Assembly (NCBI GenBank): GCA_030141605.1
Contig: JAQGDQ010000717.1
Location: 1 to 38,824 of the forward strand
Source of the DNA: Tubiluchus corallicola
Lineage: Eukaryota; Animalia; Priapulida
Direction: 5' to 3'
DNA: 38,824 bases
Under the pieces are notes generated by a model. It searched no databases. It had not been told where the DNA came from and was given only the letters and a program-made list of their open reading frames with translations. This document shows, piece after piece, positions 22,707-35,329 of this stretch. A program made the translations under genes and the position numbers. Positions within the stretch are counted from its first letter, which is position 1, and each line of letters begins with the position of its first letter.

Positions 22707-24495
22707 TGTAGCAGACTTAGCTTTTTTTGTTAATCTTGCATACAAATTCGTGCATGAGGCGCCATCTGTGGCAGGAATGTAAAGCTTTTGGTTTTGGCCA
22801 CTGTTTGTGTTTGTTACCTGCGCGAGTCAACCTGTCTGTTTTACTCACCTGTGCGCGTGAACTTCGTGAAGCCCTACAACTGTGGAATGAAGAAAAATTA
22901 AACAAGCATATGGTGTAAAGGGGTGTAAAATGGACCTTCAACACTGCAGGGGCCAGTCACCACGGTGGTGTTTGGGACAGGTGTGTCAGATCTTTCCGTG
23001 GCATCTTCCGGCAACTGTTGAAGGAACAAACCATTACTGATGAAGTCTTGCTGACTTTGATTGCTGAAGCCGAGTTCATCATGAACAACAGACCTTTAAC
23101 GGAGTTTTCCAATGAATCAAATGACTTCAGACCATTAACGCCAAATGACCTCATTCTACAGCGACCTTGCCCAAATCTGCCACCATGCATCTTCTGCAAA
23201 GACGACTCTATGCTGAAAAAGAGATGGAGGCAGTGCCAGTATCTTGTCAACATCTTCTGGCGCCGCTGGGTCAAGGAATACATTCCAAACTTGCAACAAC
23301 GTCAGAAATGGCTGACTGTAAAAAGAAACTTTAAAGAGAATGATTTGGTTCTGGTCGTTGATGAGAATGCTGCTCGGAATCAATGGACAACAGGCAGAAT
23401 CACCGAAGTATTTCCAGCTCCGGATGGACTCGTGAGATCAGTTATGGTGAAGACCCCATCTACGACATTGCTTAGACCAATAACAAAGCTATGTCTCCTA
23501 GAAGAAGCTGAGTAAAATTCTGTGTAATGTGTTGATATGCACTTTAATTTTAGAGTACAAATTATTTCATATTTTGTCATACGTGGTTACGTTTTTTTTT
23601 GACCTAATGACTGCAATATTATTGGTGAGAAATGACCTTGCCTGTATTATTTAGTTATTTAAATTTGATGCTGCAATAGTTCGCTGTCATGCGAAAAATT
23701 TGATTCTGTGTTAATTTTGTGAATTAAGTGTTATCCATGAATGTGTGATTTAGTTTACAATTTTGCCAAATTAATTGCCAGTAATTTGAAATGTATGTCA
23801 AATATTTGCTTAAATCTTTCAGACAAAATTAACATTAAATTCTATCACTTGGCAGTAGGCCAACTTTATGATAATGTCATTCTAAATTTTATATGATGTG
23901 TTACATAGAACTTAGCATTGAACGACATTTGCCTTTGCTAACTGTTATAAGCTATCAAAGTCACTATCGCATCAGATTCTGTTTTATTACATCGTATCTT
24001 ATTATCGATTCGTTATTTGTTTCAATGCTTTGTAGCGCTTTAGCTAACAGTATGTATCTGTAACTTTATCTGAAATAGTTTTAACTATCAAAATTTATGA
24101 TTGTTCAGTTTTGACTAAAATGTTTAGTTGTACTAAGTAGCATCTAAGTGTTACTGTTCAGAGTTCATGTAATATTGTACAGTGACTTACAAGCAGATTA
24201 TTGTAATGACCACTTTATAAGCGCTCATTAGGAGCCGGGTGTAGCAGACTTAGCTTTTTTTGTTAATCTTACTTATCGTGCACGAGGCGCCATCTGTGGC
24301 GGGAATGTAAAGCTTTTGGTTTTGGTCAGTTTTTCTGTTTGTTGCCTGCCAGCCACCTGTCTGTTTTACACACCTGTGCTCTGAACAGTCAGGTTAATCG
24401 ACTTTATGGGATATGTGAGACATTTATGTAGTGATTATGTTACAATAAAACATTCAGTGGTATTAACCTCTGTTGACAGTGTTTCTGTGACTACA
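22707..24495 (+). mobile_element. Internally deleted BEL/Pao element (partial 5'LTR, integrase C-terminus, 3'UTR, PPT, 3'LTR)
   Basis: LTR copies 22707-~22854 and 24240-24495 (TGTAG...CTACA); TSD CATAA at 22702-22706 and 24496-24500; purine-rich aggagccggg before the 3' LTR. Confidence 0.92.
22855..23515 (+). pseudogene. pol: BEL/Pao pol 3' end: integrase core C-terminal part plus DUF5641-like domain
   Basis: RELREAL...*RGVKWTFNTAGASHHGGVWDRCVRS...LLTLIAEAEFIMNNRPLT...PLTPNDL...FWRRWVKEYIPNLQQRQKW...DLVLVVDE...W..GRITEVFPAPDGLVRSV.VKT....RPITKLCLLE. Confidence 0.93.
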
Positions 24496-24865
24496 CATAA
24501 AATTGTTTATAAATCATGCAGTGCATGTAATTACGATTTTCAAACTCTTTGTTTGGCGCCAAAAGTAAAACGTTGGCCTGCATAACTGCTTAAATGTTTT
24601 GATGGTTATGATGTTTAGATAACAGATATCAAAGCCTATAGTCAGGGATTTGGATTTCAAATAATTTTGCAAGATTCAATAAACTTTGATATAATGTGGG
24701 ATATGATATATATATATATATATATTTATATAAAACTTTTTTGCAATTAATGTACACAAACTGTACTGTACAAAATACATATACATAAAATTTTTACGTA
24801 CAAATTTTATGTCGGAGGACTAATGTTATCAATAGTGTCTACTAAATCTACTTTAAAATCTACAA

Positions 24866-24883
24866 TCGTATATAATAATTTCA

Positions 24884-24917
<34 letters not shown>

Positions 24918-26805
24918 TTTATATATAACCGACGAGGCTACAGCTCCAAAGACAGCAACATTTAGGACGATCTGTACCAAGAGGTTTGCACCTGGGGTTT
25001 TATTTTTCGAATCGGACCCACCGGGCGGAACTGCTTTGTGCAACTGCTTGGGCAAGTTGGGAAAGAATAGGCACATTCACAGAAAGAAGACGAAACGGTC
25101 TACAAAATGTTGCCGGTTATGTTGGGAGAGATGTATACTGGATGAAACGGGGAGGGGTGTATTTCGAGGTTCTTTTTCTACCCCCTGTGCTGCACGCTAT
25201 TTGGACCATCCATTGTCTTTGAGTTTGAGAAGTTACGGGGCTGTTCCAGGCATTGTAGCCATCAGCCGTTCTACAGTGTTATAGATTGTACAAATAACTA
25301 AGATCTGTTAGCCTATTATCAACTGAGAAGCAGCAAAAAAACTATGTGGAATGTCTGTGCATTATTGATCATTGGTAAAGAGACCAAGGGCATTTATTAT
25401 AGCACACAGTTTTGACTTTGTGGAAAATGTTTGGAATTGTTTTGTTGCGATGCTGAGCTTTTGGTGCTGTAGGTGTCGTCATTGTTGCCGCCATCATCAT
25501 CATCATCGCTTTCAACATCATGATTACCATGTGATGTGGTGGTGTTGTGTGTTGTGTGGGAGGTGTACTATGGTGAGGGTGGTGTGGTGATGTGGTGGGT
25601 GTGGTGCAGTGGTGGTGGCGGTGGTGTGCTGTTGGGTGTTGTGCTGTGGATAGTATGGTGGGGTGTGTTGTAGATGGTGCAGTGGGATTGTAAGGTTTGT
25701 GTGAAGTTGATGAAGTGTGTGGTGTGCATGATGTGGCGTGGACAATCTGATGGGGTGGTAGGGTGTTGGTGTAGTGTGGTGGGTTTTGTTTGTTGTGGTA
25801 TGGTGTGGTGCGATGTGGGTGGTGCGCTGTGAGTGGAGAGGTGGATTGGTGTGGTGTGATGTGATGTGTGTGGGTAGTGTGGTGTGAGTGGAGTGGTGGG
25901 TGGATGTGTGGTGTGGTGGGTGTTGTGTGTTGTGTGGGTGGTGTACTATGGTGAGGGTGGTGTGGTGATGTGGTGGGTGTGGTGCAGTGGTGGCGGCGGT
26001 GGTGTGCTGTTGGGTGTTGTGCTGTGGATGGTATGGTGGGGTGTGTTGTAGATGGTGCAGTGGGATTGTAAGGTGTGCGTGACGTTGATGGAGTGGTGTG
26101 GTGTGGGTGATGTGGCATGGACAATCTGATGGGGTGGTATGGTGTTGGTGTAGTGTGTTGGGTTTTGTTTGTTGTGGGTGGTGTGGTGTTGTGGTATGGT
26201 GTGGTGCAATGTGGGTGGTGCACTGTGAGTGGAGAGTTGGATTGGTGTGGTGTGACGTGATGTGTGTGGGTAGTGTGGTGTGAGTGGGGTGGTGGGTGGA
26301 TGTGTGGTGTGGTGGGTGTTGTGTGTTGTGTGGGTGGTGTACTACGGTGAGGGTGGTGTGGTGTGTGGTGGTGGTGGTAGTGTGCTGTTGGGTGTTGTGC
26401 TGTGGATGGTATGGTGTGGTGTGTTGTGGATGGTGCAGTGGGATGGTAAGGTGTACGTGAAGTTGATGGAGTGGTGTGATGAGGGTGATGTGGTGTGGAC
26501 AGTCTGATGGGGTGGTAGGGTGTTGGTGTAGTGTGGTGGGTTTTGTTTGTTGTGGGTGGCGTGGTGTTGTGATATGGTGTGGTGCAGTGTGGGTGGTGCG
26601 CTGTGAGTGGAGAGTTGGATTGGTGTGGTATGATGTGTGTGGAGAGTGTGGTCTGAGTGGGGTGGTGGGTGGATGTGTGGTGTGGTGGGTATGTTGTGAG
26701 TGTGTTGGTGGGTGTTTGCTATGGTGAGGGTGGTGTGGTGTTGTGGTATTGCGTGGGTTGTTGTTGTGAGTTTATGCGCAAAATTCTTTTGCGGGGTTTG
26801 GCTAG
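24866..26805 (+). mobile_element. Non-autonomous Helitron-like element, unit 1
   Basis: A|TC start (tcgtatataataattt), shared 5' block gaggctacagct...ggggttt(t)atttttcgaa, 3' hairpin cgcaaaa-ttc-ttttgcg and CTAG at 26802-26805. Confidence 0.7.
25530..26770. repeat. GT-rich low-complexity array with ~380-bp higher-order period (~3.2 copies)
   Basis: Landmarks ggacaatctgatggggtgg at ~25740, 26119, 26497 and ctatggtgagggtggtgtgg at ~25568, 25946, 26342, 26719. Confidence 0.9.
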
Positions 26806-27670
26806 CCTATATATTAATTTCGCTGCTATACATTCATGTGTGGGTCGATATATAACTGATGAGGCTACAGCTGCGAAGATGGCACCATTTTCGGCTATCT
26901 ATACGTCGAACGAAAGGCTCGGACCCTAGGGTTGGCACCTTGGGGTTTATTTTTCGAAGTGACCCCACCACTAATATATATATATATATTAGTCTCTAAC
27001 ATGAAGACGATATTATATGATACTTGAAAAATACACTTAGCCTCCAAGCTATTAATTGCAGAGAGCCTTTTTTTCTTTTTCCAGTGGAGCAAATATTTTG
27101 CAAAGCTAATTTCCGAAAGGATAGAAAGTTTGGGAGCACCACACGCCCCCCAGGGAAGAGCTAATACCTGCAAAGCTTAGCGGCGGAGAGGGCTTGTTTT
27201 TTCTAGCTGGTTGAATATTCAGCATACCTAATTTTCTAAATGACAAAAGGTTTGCGAGCGCTCACAGCGTGGGAAAAGCTAATCCGTCCAAAGAACTGTT
27301 TACCTTTGTGATGATTGTCATTACTTTCGCAAATAAGGCTCAGGCGGGTGAGTGTTCCGCAAAGCTAATTTTTCTCAATAACAAAAAACTTGCTCGAATT
27401 CACCTGTGGGAAAAGCTAACAAGAGTTTAAGATTATTTGCTTTTGTGATGACTGTCAAGACGTTATTACTCTAATCTGACATTATAATGCCTTTTCTAAA
27501 GGTAAGCTACACAAATAAGAAATTTAACAGAAAGGTATATTACCTGGACTCTTCAGTTCTATGTAATTTGAAAATCGTACAGACGTACAAGGGTCGTTTT
27601 TGTTAATTTTTATTTTTAAACGAAGATATCTTACCTTTTCAGAATAAATTTTTTGCGGATCCTTTGTTAG
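26806..27670 (+). mobile_element. Helitron-like unit 2 (different interior)
   Basis: Begins right after CTAG with cctatatattaatt and the shared 5' block; ends aaattttttgcggatcctttgTTAG; interior contains the repeat also at 20760-21265. Confidence 0.6.
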
Positions 27671-28826
27671 TCTATGCATTAATTCTACTGGTATGGGCTT
27701 AATATACATAAGATTCGAGGCTACAGCTCGGACCACGGCACCATTTGCGGCGATCTATACATCAAACGAAAGGTCTCGATCTAGTGTTATGCCATTGGGG
27801 GTTTATTTTTCGAATCGGGCCCACCGTGAAGAACGGGGGGCGAAAAACCTCCAAAAATGGCCATTTTTCGGCCATTTTTTGCAGAACTTATAACTCTTAT
27901 TTCTGGAAAACTGAAACGTGTCTGGCATGATCCCAGTAATAGTTAGGTAGCCCACTCAATGTTGGCTGCTATAGTCACACTTAGAATTCGGGTTAGGGCC
28001 ACGACGCCAAATGGCGGGTGTTTTCCCGGACCAAACCATACCAATTTTGCAGAAAACTATTCATACAGCCTCAAGAAAAATTCATATTATGCAACTGTTT
28101 GAAACGCTGGTAAAAAAAATAAGCGTACTCACAGAAAGACGATAAAAATGTCTACAAAATATTTTGGGAGAGATGTATACTGGACGAAACGGCAGGGGTG
28201 TATTTTTGAAGTTCTTTTTCTACTGGTTGCTCCTGGCATTGTTGTCACCCGCCGTTCTACAGTGTTTCAAATTTTACAAGTAAGTCAGTTATGTTTGCCT
28301 ATTATCATCTGAGAAGCAGCAAGTAAAAACTATGTAGAATGTTCATGAATTATTGAACATTTATTAGATAGACTAATATCGTTTATTATAGTACACGGTT
28401 TTGACATTGTGCAAAATGTCTTGAATGGTTTCATTGTGATGCTGTGATGCTCGTGTTGGTGATGTAGGTGTTGCCATCGTTGTCGTCATCACTATGAACA
28501 TCATGATCACCATGTGATGTGGTGGGTGTGGTGAGTGTGCTGTGGTTGGAGTGCTGGGATGGTATGGTGTGTATGGTGTTGGTGGAGTGGTTGTGGCTGG
28601 TGTAATGAGGCCTGAGTGGTGTGGTGTGGATGATCTGGTGGGGTGGTAGGGTGTTGGTGTATTGTGGTGGGTGTTGTTTATTGTGGGTGGTGTGGTGTGG
28701 CATGTTGTGGGAGGGGTGCTGTGAGTGGAGTGGTGGGTGGGTTGGTGTGGTGTGGGTGGTGTGTTGTGAGTGGGGTGGTGGGTGTGGTGTGTTGTGTGGA
28801 TTGTGTGCTATGGTGAGGGTGGTGTT
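27671..28826 (+). mobile_element. Helitron-like unit 3, 3'-truncated at the Gypsy remnant
   Basis: Starts TCtatgcattaatt; shared 5' block; 28125-28826 homologous to 25075 onward, including the GT-rich repeat. Confidence 0.65.
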
Positions 28827-29405
28827 ATTAGAAGGTCGGACTCCCCATACGCTTCACGGCAACAATCGCTTTTGCATAGACTTCCGAAAAATCAATAAAA
28901 TCACAGATTTCGATCCATATCCATGACCGAGGATGGATGAAATAGTCGGCAATCTCCAGGGTTCCAAGTGTATCACTACCATTGACATGACCAAGTGATG
29001 CTGGCAAATACCACTGGATGAAGAGTCTAGAAAGCAACAGCATTTGTAACAAGAAATGGCCATTTTGAATTCACTTTCATGCCATTTAGGTTGATGAATT
29101 CCGCAGCCATAGCAGAAACACAAGTAGACAAATTATAACAACCTTATTTACCTCATCCACAAGGTTACATTGATGACATTAAATTTAAAAGCAACACTTG
29201 GGAAGATCACCTAAAACACAGAAATGGCCTTAGATGCACAAAAATAGGCAATCCTCACAACTAAACCAACCAAATTTTCGTTTGCTCAACAAGAGCTTAA
29301 ATTTTTAGGACATTTAGCAAGGCACTCCCAAATACGCCCACAGCAATCAAAAATTGACAGAATTCTCGACTTCCTTCGTCCTCAGACAAAGTCTGAAGTC
29401 GCATC

Positions 29406-30614
29406 TGTGATGAGCCTGATCTTGTATTTCCTCTAAGTGAATCAAAGAGGGGCATGCTGCGTTATTTTTACATCTCATAACTGAAGGGAGCTAGTATGAT
29501 AGTCACTAAATGTATGGATGCAGATCTGCCTAAGGCTGATGTTAAAAATACGGGGGACTATGGCCTATTTGCACTCTATACACTAATGGATCTGAAGAAA
29601 AAGAAAGATGAAGTGGCAGATATTAAAATAATTAATCAAACAATTTAATTATCAACAAATTCCAAAGTGATTCGATTTAAGCAAAAGTTCATTAATAACA
29701 AAGATATAGCAATATTGACAAAGCTTAGGGTTAGTAGGGTATATACACGTTTGCATGAAGTTCATGTCTGCCCACTATGTAGCTAGGCTTTTTTGGAACA
29801 CTTTCTTTTTAAAGCGAACAGTTTGTAGAACAGTAACAATACGTCGTAATATAACCTCTGCGTCTGAATACAGTTGAGATTCCAAACTTCGTCAGAGAAA
29901 CTACCAATTTGTCTTTACCCAGCAAGTAGCATCGATGAACATTAGGCTAGTATATGTGATGTTTACGTTATCAGTACGACGTTAGTTACGATCGTAACAA
30001 AAGCGAAAAGTACCTGTTAACACCCTGGATGTGGTTCTGGTGTAGGTCGATCCAATTGTCAGTCAGTGGCTAACTCCACTACTGCAGACTGCAAGCCAGC
30101 ATCTCCGGACAACTCTGGTTGACGACCACAGCTTACAACAACTAGGCTCTCACAGTATCACCATGTACATTACACACCATATCTTGTGTGAAACTTTCTA
30201 GTGCGGCATTTCTCTTCAAAAACATATAACTTCACAGAGACGAGTAAACGACCTGTGTCATTCTCTGTCAAGTTGCCGTCTATATCTAAACAGTGTTAAA
30301 CGAAGTTCATCGAGAAGCCACTCGCTTAAACAGCTATAATTTTATTCACCTGTACACTATCGTTAACCTTGACTTAGCCACTGCATTACAGCCACGAGTG
30401 GGTCAGACAAGAGTGGGTCAGACGGAATTCAGAAGGGGGTTTGTTAGTAGGTGCCTACATCCTAACAAAATATCAATAATTAATAATACAATTAACTATC
30501 ACTGCCAGTAGCTAAATATCATACATATTAACTAATTAAACATACAGTATGAACAGGGCTTAATGTTGCATAAGCATAATGTGAGAACCATTAAATGTAG
30601 GGCGAAACATGACA
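29406..30614. mobile_element. Solo LTR (~1.2 kb) nested in Gypsy RT
   Basis: TGTGATG...CATGACA termini; perfect TSD GCATC (29401-29405, 30615-30619); removal restores KSEVASFLGL. Confidence 0.9.
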
Positions 30615-31852
30615 GCATCGTTTTTAGGCTTAACGGGTTTCTACAGACGATTCGTTGAAGATTACGCTGAAAAAGCGGAACCTTTAGTAGGGCTGACCAA
30701 AAAGGCCACGCCAAACAAAGTAGTTTGGAATGAGAAATGTGAGCAAAACGTCAGTCTTGTATGCTCCAAACTTCGAAAAATCTTTCACACTTACTACCGA
30801 TGCTAGTATAGAAGGCGTTGATGCAATCCTCACTCAACTGTCAGATGATAATTCTGATGAGGAAATGCCAAGAAACTACTTAAGCAGGAAACTTTCTTCT
30901 GCTGAAAAGAATTATGATGTCCAAAACTTGGAAATCCTTGCAATTGTCTTTGCAATAGAAATACGTTTTGGGTAAACATTTCAAAATCAAAACTGTTAAC
31001 AAAGTAATTAGCCTCCTGAATTCTCTTAAATTTGAGAAAAACTGAAGGCTAACCAGACGGGCACTGATCCTCAGTGAATACTCATTTGACATTAAGCAAA
31101 TAAACGTGAAACCTAATGAAGCCGACAGGTTGTCTCGGCTAAAAGCTTGAATTGTCGAAGTTCTAAAGGTATTAAAATATGTCTGAATATATTTTGAATT
31201 TGCATTCGAATCTCATTTTTTTTTGTTTTTTCAAATATTTTTGTTCCTGCTTTGAAATAAGAAAAGTAGTCTTGTTTTAAGAATTTCAACAATACGAAAA
31301 GCTGATTCACAAAAAGTTCTTCTTTAATGAATTGTACAACCTTGTTGACTGAATAATATTCTGTTGACTGAGCAAGAAAGCCAAGATAAGTTAATTTTGT
31401 TTAATATATGTCAATAAAATTTACAATATTGTGCTATTTCATTTATTAAGAATTTTAAGCTATTTTTATGTATGACATGCAAAAGGCAATTTGCACATAA
31501 TAAATACAGAAATGATTGTATGATTATATTAGCTACTGTATTGCGAATGACAACTCTATTTGTCCATGAAATGTAAATAAATTTAAGTTCTTATATGTTA
31601 GCATTTCATGTATAATGATTGGAGTTAATTTAGTTTATAATATGACTAGATTGCTTAATGATTAGAAAAGCACCTCTATTGTGAAATTTTGTAAAACTGT
31701 CGCATGTTTTGACTGCCAATGACTGCCAGTAGCTTTACAAACTTTTCATGCAATGATTAGCTTTTATGATGACAATTTAGACGTTTCGTGACTTCGCTGT
31801 AAAAAATATCATCGCAAGGATCGCATATTTCTTGTTTTCGTGGAGAGGCATG

Positions 31853-32433
31853 TGTGACAGTCTGCTACAAAAGTCTGCGATTTTTCTTACTAGAGGGCAC
31901 TAGCTGTCCACGTGAGTTGATAAATATACCTGGCAATACCTGTGAAGAATGAGGTCAAGAAAGTTGCTCAGTTATAACGGCAGTGAACTACACAATTTCT
32001 ATTCAGTTGGTTAGCTTATAGGACGTTTACGATTCTTATCTTAGTGGGACGAACAGAGACTTAAGTCATGGAAGTTGTTATACTGGAAGTCATGGTAATA
32101 CTGGAGCTGGGTTATTTGGTTTATATGGGAATATCCTGCAAATCCTCTACTCGAGTCGCGTTCATCGGGCGGTGTTTGAAGGACAGTGTACGCTACGTTA
32201 CAGTGCAGACAGTATAGCCTGTGCAGTGTTGGCATTCGGTGGTGGTACCGGTACCCGTAAGTTTCGCCCATTTACTTTGCAACTGGCAGTCATATACTAT
32301 AAATCTGTAAATGTTGAAAAAATTGTAAATTTGTGCTGTAATCTTGTCGTTGATGTTTTCTATAGTTATGCATAGTTATAAATCCTGGTGCACCTCCAGA
32401 TTCGACCAAAAGCCACTCGGACACCATGTCAGA
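31853..32433 (+). repeat. Probable 3' LTR of the Gypsy element
   Basis: PPT-like GGAGAGGCA (31842-31850), TGTGACA start, degenerate TGTCAGA end, TATA-like ataaatata ~31921. No second LTR in the window to confirm. Confidence 0.6.
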
Positions 32434-32984
32434 GGGAGTATGTATTCGAAGAGGTTCACATAGGCCACCCTCTACTTTGTAAGAGAGGGCAAGGTCGTGA
32501 CAGTAATGCCATTTTGTTTTGCTCTCTCATTAACGCATGTGCAAAAATAAAAGCTATAAAATTATAATTATTATTATTACGTTTATGATTATTTATCATG
32601 ATAAATAATTTATAAATAATATAATGTATATAAATAATAATAATAATATTCATCACTCAGCTATTTATTTGCTTTTGTTGTTGTTTATTACATATATAAT
32701 GTAAAATTGTATGCTCATTTGCTAACCCAACAAACTTTACTAATAATAAGGGCGGCTGATTTAAATAACTATTAATTTTTGTTTTTCCCCGCTCTTCCTT
32801 TGAATTGTGTTATTATAGTTTAGTAATAATTATAAGTGTGATATGTACAAAAAGGAAAATAAAGTGAATCTGAATCTGAACCTGAAGTTTCTTCCCTAAT
32901 ATTACGTCATTTTGCTCAGACACTACTGACATGTTTCATTGCTTTTTGCTCGCAGTTTCCATTTCATGCTAAAACTTGCAGGGT

Positions 32985-33833
32985 TAAAGGAAGACAGGAT
33001 GATTTTTCATGTACTACAGAATTTTCATGTCCCATCAAAAGAATACATTTTAACACAATTAATACTGCAATTGCGTTTCTGATTATAAGCTTAGTTAACG
33101 GCGGGCTAGACCTACTGTTCATGACATCACAAGCGAACATAACTTTCAACAGCAGAAATATTCCACGAGCGTGCTGCACGTGTTTGTTAAAGCGAAAATT
33201 GAAGTACAGTGCTGCTGTAAGATATTCAGTGTGTTGTACTAAAACTAGGCAAGTTTTAAGATAAAATTCAAATTTCAAATTTACTACTGCACTCACGCAT
33301 GAGCTGTCGAATGTGTGCAGTTCGTCGCAAACTAACACATCTAAATTGTTTTTTGTGCAACAAATTTTTGCGAAATGCAGGCGCTAGTGCAGTCTAACTA
33401 GAGAATGGCGAAATGCACGTAATAGTGAAGAATTAGTGGCGCGAACGAGAAACTGTGTTTGTGTGGTAATTATTCTTTCATGTAAATAATTTTTGAAAAA
33501 CAAATAGTATGTTTCTTTTCAATATTTTAAAGAGTGGATTGTTTTGACCCACAGTTAAAAGATTGAGTCCGGTTTTACTTTAAGAAAGTGCATATAGTAA
33601 TGATTTATCTGTTAATAAAAAGTTTCTTACAATATCATATATCTTACTATACCAAAAAACTTATGAGAATGAAAGTTCTCAATTTACAAAACTGCAAGAA
33701 ACAGCGAATTTACGGAGACACATTTACAGAATCTATACTTTCACTCATGTGCCCCAGTCTCTCAATTGAGTTTGCACACTTGTAGGTACAGCGAGCATCA
33801 CACATTGCGCAGTGGGACGTCACTTCCGCTTCC
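32985..33833 (+). mobile_element. Dispersed ~850-bp repeat, copy 1; non-autonomous DNA transposon, possibly Kolobok-like
   Basis: Collinear with 35330-36170 up to tgggacgtcacttccgcttcc; begins TTAA-AGG as TTAA-targeting elements do; matching opposite TIR not found. Confidence 0.55.
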
Positions 33834-33968
33834 TTTCTCGACTTTTCGTTTTTCGCAAGATACGTGTAAATTAAAAGTGTTTCAATGCTAGCCATAGCGA
33901 AACGCGCAAGTTTACGAAGAAATAAACCCCCTTTCTGTATCACGCTGGACAGCAAGTGTCTACCTGGG

Positions 33969-34951
33969 TGTGACGCTCAGGCTTATTTTAGGGCAGGTTA
34001 TGTAACTAGTTCCTACTGTTATAATTCCACCATTAATTATTGTCAATCTTTATAAAAGAAGTTTAGTTAAACTGTTTAATGATATAAGGCTAGAAGCCAA
34101 CTTGTTCTGAAATCAGATTTCACCTGTACATTCAGTGATACTGTTTATGCATTACTACTATATCATGTGACTGAAGCCACGGAGACGAAATTTTGGCTGT
34201 TCAGTTCGCCCAGGTATTCCGCTTTAAGTTGTCGAGTTAAGCGGACGTTCACATGTCATAAAATGATGGTTTAGTAGTAATAGTGCTTGCTTGTAGAAAA
34301 GCGATCTGTCTACCTGGTTACGACAGAGACGATAGTTGCATTCTAGCGATGATACTTACCTGTTGCTGATTATATTTTCCTGATGCTGATGATACATCAC
34401 TTACCAGTTGTCCATGATATCTGCTGCTGATGATACTTACTCGTATTTACCTGACGTTGATGATACTGTCGTTGGTGCGGGATGCTGTGATTACAAAATT
34501 GGAAATCCTTACCTTGCGACGAGTGCAGGAGCTTGGATGCTACCCCATTTTGGCGTCGTATTAGTGGAGGCGTGTACATCAGGAGTCGTCAAAGTTTGGA
34601 GACGTCGTTCACGTAGTGTAGTCAATCGTTCTATGGTGCACCATTCCTCGATCAAGCCCCTGGTGAGGAGATGACGCGGAATAGGAGCAGGAGAATAGTC
34701 GCTTGATGATGCCAAGACAGGACTGGTGAAAACGTTACGTTGTTCTTTCTCTTCTTAGCCGGCTTAGTCTTTATTATTAACAGTTGTCTCGTAATGTGTT
34801 TTGAAATATTCATTAAATTGTTATATTATTTTATTAATTCAGTGGTTTCTTCACAGTGTTTTCGACTAAGTGTTTTATTCTTTACCTAAGGGTTACACTT
34901 AAGTCACAAACCACATATTTACAATAACGGAACTTAGACTACATCGTCACA
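33969..34951. mobile_element. Solo LTR (~980 bp)
   Basis: Perfect 7-bp terminal inverted repeat TGTGACG...CGTCACA; flanks CTGGG / CAGGG (TSD, 1 mismatch). Confidence 0.75.
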
Positions 34952-35329
34952 CAGGGTGAGAGTGGACCTTTAAATGTGCTACTTTTTTCTTTTACTTCTG
35001 TTTGTGACATTTTTACGATGCACCGTGGCAATTAAACAGCACCTGAATTTTGGCACAACACATGACACATACGCCAGAATCATCACCTAAAAAGTCTCAA
35101 AATCACTTTTTTACAGTTTATTAGGTGTTAGGGACTACTTACACTGTGCGTCATAGACGAGCGTCCAAGATACATGCGTCTTCAACGCAACAGTGAATAA
35201 ATTTACACGATGCGTTTTGCTTGCACGTTATGGACACGCCAAGTAAAAAAATTGTCATAGAATCTTTTCTTGTACTTTTTGAAAAGCTCACATCAAGAAT
35301 TAGGCTGAAACTTCTTGCTGTAAAGCGTT

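Larger units (their letters stand above)
28829..32433 (+). mobile_element. pol: 5'-truncated Ty3/Gypsy element (RT-RNase H-3'UTR-PPT-3'LTR), probably Gmr1-like
   Basis: SDSPYAS; RFCIDFRKINKITDFDPYP; IDMTK*CWQIPL; AFVTRNGHFEFTFMPF; YIDD (29166-29177); KFLGH; PQTKSEV|ASFLGLTGFYRRFV; TDAS; YLSRKLSSAEKNY; ADRLSRLKA* (stop 31148-31150). Confidence 0.9.

Noticed and set aside
25369-26223. 284-aa His/Pro/Thr-rich ORF
   Set aside because: Translation of the CA-rich strand of a low-complexity repeat.
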